Assembly (NCBI RefSeq): GCF_009914755.1
Contig: NC_060930.1
DNA length: 64,000 nt
Origin: the human T2T-CHM13v2.0 reference genome, Homo sapiens
Reading direction: 5' to 3' (one strand)
The notes under the pieces: generated by a model
Seen by the model: the letters and a program-made list of their open reading frames with translations, nothing else
What the model was told of the DNA's origin: nothing
Database searches by the model: none
Part shown: positions 26,182 to 37,364 of the stretch, in pieces
How the letters are laid out: every line of letters starts with the position of its first letter
How positions within the stretch are numbered: position 1 is the first letter of the stretch
Made by a program: the position numbers and the translations under genes

Positions 26182-26562
26182 TTTTTTATTATACTTTAAG
26201 TTCTGGGATACATGTGCAGAACATGCAGGTTCGTTACATAGCCATACACATGCCATGGTGGCTTGCTGCACCCATCAACCCATCATCTACATTAGGTATT
26301 TCTCCTCCTCTAGTCCCTACCACCAAAAGGTCTCGGTGTGTGATGTTCTCCTCCCTGTGTCCATGTGTTCTCATTGTTCAACTCTCACTTATGAGTGGGA
26401 ACATGTGGTGTTTGGTTTTCTGTCCTTGTGTTAGTTTGCTGAGAATGATGCTTTCGAGCTTCATCCATGTCCCTGCAAAGGACATGAACTCATCCTTTTT
26501 ATGACTGCATAGTATTCCATGGTATATATGTGCCACATTTTCTTTATCCAGTCTATCATTGA
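26182..26562 (-). mobile_element. Short 5'-truncated L1PA (PA6/7-like) with TSD
   Basis: ttattatactttaagttctgggatacatgtgcag; TSD tgacaca(a/t)taatttct at 26166-26181 and 26563-26578. Confidence 0.93.
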
Positions 26563-26706
26563 TGACACATTAATTTCTAAAACTCACAAGTTTATTAGAA
26601 GAAAAATAATAGAAAATATGTGCTATATAAGTAAAAATAATGTAAAGAACACATTACACTATATTATATATTTATATTTTACATATTATATATTGTATTT
26701 ATGTTT

Positions 26707-27110
26707 ATGTATTAGTACATAGGGCTTCTATAACAAAGTACCAAAAACTGGGTGGTTTAAACAACCAATGTATTGTTTCACAATTCTGGAGCTAGAAGTC
26801 TGAGATCAAGGTGTTAATAGTTTTGGTTCCTTCTGAGGGCTGCTGGGGAGAATCTGTGGAGTTTATCGGCTCATAGACACATCATTCTAACCTCTGCCTT
26901 TATCTTCATGTGGCGTTCTCCCTGTGGACCTGTCTTGTCCTTATATCATAAGGACACTAACCATGCTGGATTACAGCCCTAGCTAATGACCTAATCTTAA
27001 TTAGATGACCTCTTTAAAGGGATGATGTTTAAACAAGCTCACCAAATGAGATACTAAATGTTAGTACTCTGACATAACTTCTTTTGGGAGACACAATTCT
27101 ACACTTAACA
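26707..27110 (-). mobile_element. MaLR solo LTR (MLT1B/C-like)
   Basis: tgtattagt...ataacaaagtaccaaaaactgggtggtttaaacaac...gacacaattctacacttaaca. Confidence 0.85.
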
Positions 27111-27129
27111 ATACTCTACTGGGAGATCC

Positions 27130-27350
27130 AATAGCAGAAGAGAGGGAGCACAGGCTCTTGAATATTAGAGAATTAGGTTGGAATCCCAGCCCTGCCACTT
27201 ACTGTCCTGTAACTGAGTCCCAGTTATTTCAACTTTCTGAGCCACAGTTTCTTCTTCTGTTAAAATGGAGATGGGCACACCCACCTCATCAAGTTTTTGT
27301 GAGAGTTAAATGAATTATTAGGCATTCAATAAATGGTAGTTATTAGTCAG
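27130..27350 (+). mobile_element. MIR SINE
   Basis: ggttggaatcccagccctgccacttact...tctgagccacagtttcttcttctgttaaaatgg. Confidence 0.85.
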
Positions 27351-30138
27351 TTATGATGTTAACATGTCAAATAAATAATTGCTTTGATTCAAATGTACAT
27401 TAACATACTCTATAGTTGCTATTGAAATAGCATAGTGCTAAGGAATAATCTTAAATCTGTCATTAAAAAAAAATCCAAGTAGCCTAAACCATCCTAAGTT
27501 AATAATTGATGTCATCATTTTAAATATAATCTTGACCGTGAGGCTCACAATCTCAATTCGTCCTTCATTAGTTGACATCTGTACTTGAATGCTTGTCCTT
27601 AACTGAGTTTTACTTGATACAAAATGATAGATATATCATGGGATCAACTACTTACTTCAATGTCATGTTCTTTCGTGATTTGTGTTGAAATGAGTCAATT
27701 GTTTGCAGTTGAAAAGCTACTCACAGGACTGAAAAGCCCCCCCAAAATTTAGAGTTCTGAAAGTGGCTCTGCATTTGAGGAGCACACAACCAGTTCCCTT
27801 TTAGGTGTCACCTTGTCCTTGAAATTGAGAGCCAGTGGATTTCACTATATAAATGGACGATTTTTTGATACGCAACCATTCTTTATCCAATCTCTTCACA
27901 GAATAGTAGCTCTAAAATCACGTTCCTTTTTCCCTTTTTTCCCTTTCTATTTTTTTTTTAACTTGTAAGGTTTATTAGTTTTCCCACCAGGATGAATGGA
28001 GCAAGAGACAGCTGCTGAACTAATAGCAGGAACATCTGGTTGTGTTATTAGTTCAGTTACTGCATATACCTGTGTCTGTTCACCTCTAAACCAACAAGTT
28101 TGATCCTTAGATACAGATGCTAAAACAGAAACAGAATCAATGGAAAAGCAAAAGAAATGACAGAAAAGAAATGAACTCTCTTAACTTGGAAATATGAATG
28201 TGTGTAAAGTAAGAGAAAATGGTGAATGAAGTTTATAAAGCAATTGTTTTAATATCAAATGAATCAGGATATGATTATCAAGAGAAGTGAACAGAGAAGT
28301 GCCCAAGCATTTAAAGGGAAATGGGTATATCTCCAGACATGTTACACTGCCTTTTATCCAAGTGGATTAACACATTCGCATACTATATAGCCCCAGGCAG
28401 CATTTTTCCACTTACATTTTTCACCTGTCACTATACAATTTGTTTCAGACTTAGCTTTTGGAATTAACTTAAAATGGATTCTAGGGCTTCCAGTAAGGGA
28501 CAAAAGAGAAAAACAGCTGACATGAAAGTTACCACAAATCATTCATGGCTATAAAGACACTGCCCATGTCCCATTTTCTATTTACCAAGCTGAGTGCTGA
28601 GTACATCCACATCCACTCTACACATTTTCTTTAAAAGGGCTATAAAATGCTTGTTGAGCTATTAGCACTCACTATAACCAGGGTTTCATTAAGGAGAATA
28701 GATAGAGTACCTGGAGATGTCAGTCATAAAACTCCATTCAGAGCACAAACAGTGGTTAAAAGAGGCGGAAGGACAGCAAAAAAGAGATGATGGTGTATGG
28801 CCATTAGGCTGGGGTGGGAGGGGGAGAAGCAGAAAGGAACTGAAGCAGAAAATTAAATGGTCTGATACTGACTTTGAATAATAGCTCTGGGTGACCCTGA
28901 ATCTTACTACTGGAAGTGTGGGCATATTAAAACTCTCCAGTTGTGATCAATTTCCTGTGTGCTAGAAATTTTCCCCTTCTACATGTGCTGTTAGGTGAGT
29001 AGGAAGAAGTAAGTTGTTTAGAAAACTCTTGGAAGCTCTGAGTCCATTTTATATCCTTTGTAAAATCTGGCGATTTCCTCTCCTTTCATTAACTCCTCCA
29101 GAAACATTGGTCTTCGTGTGGGTCCTTCACTCATCAGAATCTAATTATTGCCGTCCACTTTTGTTCAGCTGCCCAGGCGTAGCAGTCAGAGATCACCACA
29201 AGGGAAATCAGGGCTGTGGAGGTATTTGTTAGCAATGCCAGATACATCTCCACCGGGAGGTTATTTTCCCCCATTTTGATTAACTCTTCTTTTGTTTTAA
29301 AACTGCCACCCTTTTTCATCTTCAATTATTTTCTCCTATAATTCACCACAAAATGAGCCTCTTCCTGAATGGTTGAAGCTTGGCGTTTAGGCTTTGATGC
29401 TTTATACTTACTTAATTCTAATGTTGGTATTAAGATAAGAACAGTCTATAGCATCTCTCTTCCAAGGTTTTACATGTAGTCATGGCTCAGCTATCCTTTT
29501 TCTACTTAGAGTATGATTTTTCCTAAAAAATGCATTTCTTTAAGATAATATAAAAAGAAATAATTCAAGATATCCCTAAGGAGAGAAGATGTACCCTTTA
29601 TATAAAAGTGGAGGGAGAAAGACCCTGAGTTGGATTTTTGCTTTTTAGTTTCTTGGGCGATAGAGCCCAGCATTTTACTGTTAACATCTTTCCCAAGTTA
29701 CATCTGATAAACTAAAGCATGAAAACTGGAAGTCTAGCATTTCTGAATGTCTGAAAGTTAGGTGGAACACTGAAGCTGGAACAATCAGCTTTAAATAATA
29801 TTTTAGTAATGTTTTAATATTCATCCTTCTTGGATTACGCAGAATGGAAACAATATATTGTCCATATTGAGAATAATATATAAATCAAAAAGGCTAGACA
29901 AGTTACTACATTATAATAGCCAAAAAATTAAAGTGACTTTTTTTTTTTCTTTTTAACTCCCAAGGAGACTAACAGGTGTTCTTACATTTCTGCTTTCTTC
30001 CCTCCACTGGGTCTGGAACCACTTCTTTTCCTCAAAGATGAAGTTTAGGCCATGGGAATAGTGAGCAAATCCCCAGAGCCCCTCTATGGAGGGTGACTGG
30101 TTCTTTTGTCAGTGAATGGGCTAAATTAGTACCCACTA

Positions 30139-30609
30139 TGTTAGCTTCCTATTGCTGCTGTAACAAATTGCTGCAAACCCTTATTGACTTAACACAACTT
30201 TATTATTTTTCAGTTCTGGAGATTAACAGACCAGTTTGGCTCTCGCTGAGCTAGAATCCAAGTGTCATCAGGGCTACATTCTTTCCTGGAAGTTCTAGGG
30301 GAGAATCTGTTTCCTTGCCCTTTCCAGCTTCTGGAAGCTTCCCACATTCCGTGGCTCCTGAATCCCTTTCATCTTCAAAGCCAGCAATGGCCAATCAAGC
30401 CTTGTCCTGCTTCTGACACTGCTGCCTCCCTCTTTCCCTTTTAAAGTGATTGTGACTACATCTTGCACTCCCAAATGATCTGATGTAATCTCTGATTAGC
30501 AACCTAATTCCAACTGTAACCTTAATTCTCTTGTGACATGTAACATAACATAGTTATGGGTTGCAGAGATTAGGATGTAAACATGTCATGGCATTGTTTG
30601 GCCACTACA
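30139..30609 (-). mobile_element. MaLR solo LTR (MLT1C/D-like)
   Basis: ttcctattgctgctgtaacaaatt...ggagaatctgtttccttgcccttttccagcttc...gccactaca. Confidence 0.85.
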
Positions 30610-30809
30610 CATCCCCTCATAGAGGCCAGAATTAAAATAGAAATGAGATCAACTTTTGAGTCATTCTGGAAATTTTCGGTTACATGAACCTGAGAACTAT
30701 ATTATTTGAAGTTAACTGTTTTTCAAAAATTATATTAAGTGCAATTTAAATGTATAAGTAACTTCACCTTTGGTTTATATATTGCTGTGTCATGATTTTG
30801 GAGTTGAGA

Positions 30810-31070
30810 CTCAGTAGGATGTAAGGAAAGGAATATGACTTTAAGATCCAGAAGGCCAGTATTCACATTCCAACTTCACGACTCACTAAGCTTTCGCTTC
30901 CTAATTGTTATAATGGAAACAAAGATGTCTACCTTGAGGGATGTGGAGAGGATGAAATTATGCACACAAATAAAATGTCACATAGTTTGTATTAATAGTG
31001 ATAGCCTATGTACCTCTTATGAGAAGTGTAAGACACATGGTGGGTGTTTGGTAAATGTTGTCGCTCCCTT
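30810..31070 (+). mobile_element. MIR SINE
   Basis: Degenerate MIR core (gcttcctaattgttataatgga...gtggagaggatgaaat). Confidence 0.55.
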
Positions 31071-31679
31071 TGATGTTCAGTGTGTAAAAAGTGGCACTTA
31101 AGCATCACCGCATTCTAGAGACCAAATCTAATCTGAGACTCGAGACACCACAAAACACAAATTTTGAGTCTGGGTTCAGACTCAATCCTGGCACCATTTC
31201 CAGCCTTTGGTGTCAGTTGGTCCTGACGAGATTATCATGGAGCTCAGGTTTGGCATGTGTGGCAAAGTTGAAATTTGTCCCAAATTGTGTGACATCTGGT
31301 TCACTCCCCATCAGTGATTTCAGTCAGGTAGCAAAACTGATTTTCAGCCAGCCCTTCAAAACTGATAACTTACTACTTCTAAATTCTCTTTCCCTTATAC
31401 TTTTTTATAACCCCACTGTTAAATACAGCATGAGGAGTTATTATCTTGGTTGGGCTATGTAGGAGAAATGTACTTATAATGCTGCATAATTCAAATAAAT
31501 AAAGATAGATATATAATAATGCATGGAATGCATAATCTGATATGTTATGTGTTATTTAACCCAATATCTTAGATATATAAACAGTACATTAGACCTGAGA
31601 TGATAATAAGCTATCATATTCTGCTATAAATAATTTCATACTATGACTGGTATGACTGGTATGACATATGTCATAATGA

Positions 31680-32147
31680 CATATGTCCACATTCTAATAC
31701 TTGGAACCTGTAAATGGCAAAAGGGGATTAGAATTGCAGATACAATTAAGGTTGCTAATCTTCTGACCTTGAGATACCTTGAGATAGGGAAATTATCATG
31801 TATTACTTGGGTGAGTCCAATCTAATCACATGGCTATTTAAAAGTGGTAAGAGACAGAAGAGAACCAAAGGGATGGTAATGTGAGAGGAACTGGACCCAC
31901 GGTTGCTGACTTTGAAAATAAAAATTATATGATCTCAGGAATGCAGGTAGCCCCTAGAAACTGGGGAAGGTCAAGAAAACAGATTCTCCCCAAGAACCTC
32001 CAGAAAGGAACACAGCCTGGCCATCACCTTGATCTTAGTCCAGTGAGATCTTTGTTGGACTTGTAAGCACAGAGCTGTAAAATTTGTGTTGTTTTAAGCC
32101 ACTAAATTTGTGATCATTTGTTATAGCAGTTCTAAAAGACTAATGCA
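31680..32147 (+). mobile_element. MaLR solo LTR (MLT1D-like)
   Basis: atgtccacattctaatacttggaacctgt...aattaaggttgctaatc...cctccagaaaggaacacagcc...gttttaagccactaaatttgtg. Confidence 0.88.
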
Positions 32148-33934
32148 CATATTTTATATCTTAATTACTATGGTAATTTATAGATTAAGTAGCTTAATCA
32201 AATTATTACATGATAGTAACTTTAAAAATATATTTTGTTAGTGTCACATTAAATACTATTCCATTATTATTTTAATTAATACATTTCTTCCAAGATTATA
32301 TGCTTTATAGATAAGGTTTTCATAAAATCATATATATCTCTAGCCTTTTATAATATGTTGAGGTAAGATAGAAACTTTAAAGGAGATTTTGAATAAAATG
32401 TATTAAAGTATCGGGCATTGACATTGCACAATTGTATGCAAAGAACATTATTTCAGATCCCTGTGACAAATTAAAAATGACAATCACATTTGACCAGGAC
32501 AAATGAAATTCGTGTTTTTCAGATGGGAGGAAAAAAATCAATTTACCTTTAAAAGCCATTTACTGCCTCTATCACACCTACCGTCTAGATTATTAAAATT
32601 TAAAAGTTCTAAAACTCTAAGATTTCATGAAAACCCAAGATACTGTCTCAAATATGCTCACTCAAATATGTATCAATATGAGGTAGGAAGATAGTGTTTT
32701 CTGGTGATATCATCTAATTAATCATTCTGTAATCTCCGCCAAGTACATGCCAAGTATTTTAGAAAATTAAACATATCCCTTCTCCCCATCCAAAAGGGAA
32801 ACTGAGGCAGGTTCAAGACCGTGTATATTATTCCAGATCATTGAAGAGGGCTGGGTAGAATGGGGAGTGGGTCTGTGTCTGTGACCTCTAGGCCTCGGAT
32901 TTTCTGCTTTGCGTAACAGCAGTGTCTCTTCTGTGAAATGCCTTCTTTCTCCAAGCCCTCATGTAATAGTCACACTGTTGACCATTCCCTTTTACTTTCC
33001 ACTTCAAAAAAGACAAATAAGGACATGGAGGGAAGGTAAGTGAGAAATACTTCAAAGTCAGTTTTCTGCTTGACATGGCCTAAACTTACCTCTCTGCTCC
33101 TGAGAGAGACTTGCTGGAAGACTGAGGTTTGACTTGAACACTTAAGAATGTTCCAAAAGTTTGCTTTGTAGCAATGCCCCTGAAGAAAATGAACTCTTAC
33201 TCCATGAGCTGCTGTGAAGCAAAGCAATGCACACAGAGAGGCATCATTCATCTTCTTCTGGCTCCAGGGGCTTCTCCCACCAGCCCGTTTGACATATAAA
33301 ATTTCCACCTCACTTGGTGGTAAAGCTGCCTGCTGCTTCCTCTGTAAGGGAAAAGTGGCTAGAGTTCTATAAAGTTAAAGAAGTTGTTACTTCCATAAAA
33401 GAAAAGTACAGAGAATTGAGTGGGAAGAGAAGTAGGAAGAGGAGAGACAAACTAAACTTGGAATGAATGAAAGATGGAAAAATAACTGAAATCTTACCAT
33501 GAACAGAATTATTGAATAATCAAACATATTTCAAGGACTTGTTTAAAAATGTTTAAAGATTGAGTTACCCCATAACAACCAAGTTTCTGCAAAAAGGCTT
33601 GCACTACACTTTCCAACTGTACATAGGCAGAGATTATAGATTATTATCCTGACTGCTTAGGGTGCTCTTTCTGCAGGTCTAAACATGTATGCTGGGTACA
33701 GTTATTTTTATCATTATGGTCACTGAATACAGGTACAAGTGAAAGGCATTTACTGCTTTTAAACAGTGAGGGCATCATTAAAAATCCCTCTTCCACAGCC
33801 TCTTTAAATCTGCAAAGTCCTTTTACTTCTCTGACCACGACCTGTGAAGTGGAACTGTTTACATGATTGTGGAGGAATGCTAATTTACACCATTATTACT
33901 TGTGTCCATTTCCTGGACCTGTCCTCTAAAAGCT

Positions 33935-34090
33935 GTTCTTTCCTCTTTACTTCTCTGAATATCGGTTTTCTTATGAGTAAAAATGTTGGTTATAATTGGC
34001 TGGGTTCCTGATGAGGATTAAATGAGATGGTATATAGAAAAATGCCTAGCATACTCCCAAAACTTAGATGTTCTTTAAATATTAGTTTCA
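33935..34090 (+). mobile_element. MIR fragment
   Basis: tgatgaggattaaatgagatggtatatagaaaaatgcctagca. Confidence 0.6.
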
Positions 34091-34729
34091 TTCGATTTTT
34101 ACCTTTCTGCCTTGCTGACACTTTCCTTCTCTTTTATAATTATCTTGTCCTTCTTTGTCACTTCTTCTTAGTTTCTTTCTTCCCCATTTGTAACTAGTAA
34201 CTTGATTTCTGAAGGTCCTGACAAGCTTAAACTGATAGGATTACTGTGTGACACCCTAAAGAACTGTCCTATTTATGGATGGCTCACTTGTGAATACTGA
34301 CATGACAGGCTTCATCGTAGTTCTAAATGTAGGTTACCACAGAGATCACCACAGCCTTTGATTGTCTCTCTTGATTTGTGTGCAATTGCCTGAAATAGAG
34401 AAGCAACAATGTAGAACCAGAAAGTTCTATTGCTATGTCTCTGACAGCTCTTGATGGTAGTGAATGACTGGGCATGTAGTAGTGCCAACATGTTTTAAGT
34501 CCTAGTGATGACAAATGCTCTAACTCTCAGAAGTGTCATATGAGGACCCACTCAGTTTTCAAATTCAATGACAAATATTTATCGCATGTGTAACGTGTGC
34601 TGAAAATCGGCGATAGGATGGTGAGTAAAAGAGACACATTCTTCATCTTAAAATTTAGATAAGCTGTAAGAGTTTGTATAAAAGATGTTTATATATATAT
34701 ATATATATATACACGTGTGTTTTGTGCTT

Positions 34730-35632
34730 TTTATTTTTTTATATTATAAAAAACACATGCATTTATCCTTTAACCATTTTAAAGTGCACATTAATTGCCA
34801 CTAAGTGCATTCCATTATTGTGCTACCATCACCATGATCCAACCACATAACTTTTTTCATCTTGCAAAACTGAAACTCTGCATTCATTAAACAATAACTC
34901 TCCATTATTCCTCCCCCTTCACAAATGGTAGCCACCATAATACTTTCTACGAATGTGACCACTCTAGGTAGATTATATAAGTAAAATCAAACAGCATTTG
35001 TCCTTTTGTTACTGGCTTACTTCACTTAGCGTAATATTCTCAAGATACATTAATATCATAGCATATTTTGGAATTTCTTTCCTTTTTAAGGCTAAATAAT
35101 ATTCCCTTGTATGCATATACTCCATTTTGTTTATCTGTCCATCTGTTGATAAATTGGGTTACTCCCACTTTCAGTTATTGTGAATAATGCTGTATGAACA
35201 TGGGTATACAAACATCTGTTTGAGATTCTGCTTTCAAATTTTGAATATATACCCCAAAGTGAAATTGTTGGGTCATATCATAATTCTAGTTTTAATTTTT
35301 TGAGGAACAGCCATACTCTTTTCCATAGTGGCTGCACCATTTTACATTTCTACCTGTAGTGCACAAGTGTTCCAATTTCTTCATATCCTCGCCAATATTT
35401 GTTATTTTCTGTATTTTTTTAAATTGCCATCCTAATGGGTGTGAAATATTATCTCAGTGTGACATCTCATTTTGATTTGCACTTTCCTAATAATTAGTGA
35501 TGTTGAGCATGTTTTCCATGTGCTTATTGGCCATTTCTATATCTTCTTTGGAGGAATGTCTTCTCAAGTCCTTTGCTCATTTTTAAAATAGTGTTGTTTG
35601 TTTTTTGTTTTTGTTGAGTTATGATGTTGATA
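34730..35632 (-). mobile_element. L1MB-type 3' end
   Basis: ttaaccattttaaagtgcaca...ttttcatcttgcaaaactgaaactctg...ttttgatttgcactttcctaataattagtgatgttgagcat. Confidence 0.88.
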
Positions 35633-36864
35633 TATTTTTAAAGTTAAAAGAATAGCATATGATTATTAGTTCATTATAAAAAGTGACTTTTATCTGCTGT
35701 TCAAATGTTCTAATAATTTAAAAAATATTGTATTACAGATACCACTTATTTTATTGTTATTATTTTTGATGATGTAATTTCAATAGCTAAGTCAAAATTA
35801 GGTCATGGGTAAGATGTGCCTCATATTATGTTATATGGTCACTGAGGCTAGGCTTTTCCAGAAGGTCTTCTGAGCCAGTACATTTTTTCACTCTCAGCTT
35901 TTTGTGAAGAAAGAAGTCCTTTGGAGGTAGATTCTCACATGCTTATTCATTTCATTACTGGAAAAGTAAAGTTCTAAGGTGTTTTTAATGTGGGTTTTAT
36001 TTTAAATTTCTATTTATTGGAAGATTTTAAGAGGTGCCAAAGAATAAATTGCAGACATAAGATCCTTTAGGGCATAGGGCCACTTGTTAATGAATTGTGT
36101 TTAGATATCAGTCACCATTATTTTAATCTTATATTTTATATGTCAACAGAAACTAAACCAAGTTTTCAGTATATCCCTGAGCATACTTCAGGCATGTAGA
36201 TGACTTATATATTTTGAGACATAGTTCTACTTTATATAAATATACTTGATACTATTTTCTTGCTCACAGTAGGATAAAATGTTAATAATTTGGTGAGTCT
36301 CTGCAATTTTACTATCCATTTCTTTCTAGTTATATATAACATTTAGTAAGCACTAAACTCTAAAAGACTCAGGCAATTCAGTTTGAATGACCACTTAGAG
36401 GTACATATGCTTACTCAAAATAACTGAGCTACTTGATTCTGCAAAAAGAATTTGAACAATCCCCAAAGAACAGATTTTTATGAAATTGGAGGTTGCAAAC
36501 TGACTTTCATTTTTATCACTGGATATTTTTTCCCAGAAAATTATATTCACCTGCATGTTTTTTTACATAAATATTTTCTGTTTTCTATTTTTAAGAAATG
36601 GTTAGAAACTTCTTTAGGTAATTTAAGTGCTAGCTTTCCTGGATTCTGAGGGTTTACCTTTGTAGATTCTATTCCATCATAAGGTTGAAGCTTTGTCTAA
36701 AATTCTCCTCTATACTCATACATATATAGTTAATCTAAATATTTTATACTAAGTATTGAACGCATACACATAATATATAATATAATAATTCATTATATTA
36801 TAACTAATGTACAATAAGATACCAGCTATAATTATATATAATGATCAGGTAACATAAGTTTTAT

Positions 36865-37040
36865 ATACATTTGAAAATATTTGTTGGATGTGTGGTATGC
36901 TGAGCACTGTGTTAGGTGCAGCATAGGCTCTGGTCAACAAGACATAAGTGGTCCCTGTCCGTATGGAGATTGCAGTATAATGGAGGAAAAAGGCCATAAA
37001 CGAACGAAAAAGTAAGCAAGCAAAGCCCCATACAAATATA
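36865..37040 (-). mobile_element. L2 3' relic (continues at about 46295-46870)
   Basis: aaatatttgttgg...gcactgtgttaggtgc...aacaagacataagtggtccctg. Confidence 0.7.
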
Positions 37041-37059
37041 CATACTTTAAAAAAAATTG

Positions 37060-37364
37060 GGCCGGGTGTGGTGGCGCATGCCCATAATCCCAGCACTTTG
37101 GGAGGCCAAGGCGGGCAGATCACGAGGTCAGGAGTTTGAGACCAGCCTGGCCAATATGGTCAAACCCTGTCTCTGCTAAAAAAAACAAAAAACAAAAATT
37201 AGCTGGGAGTGGTGGCAGGTATCTGTAATCCCAGCTACTTTGGAGGCTGAGGCAGGAGAATCGTTTGAACCTGGGAGGTGGGGGTTGCAGTTAGTCTAGA
37301 TCGCACCACTGCACTGCAGCCTGGGCAACAAGGTGAGACTCTGTCTCAAAAAAAAAAAAAAAAA
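37060..37364 (+). mobile_element. Alu, AluSg-like
   Basis: Diagnostic gatcacgaggtcaggagtttgagacc; poly-A; TSD aaaaaaatt; sits at the 3' terminus of the L1PB. Confidence 0.95.
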
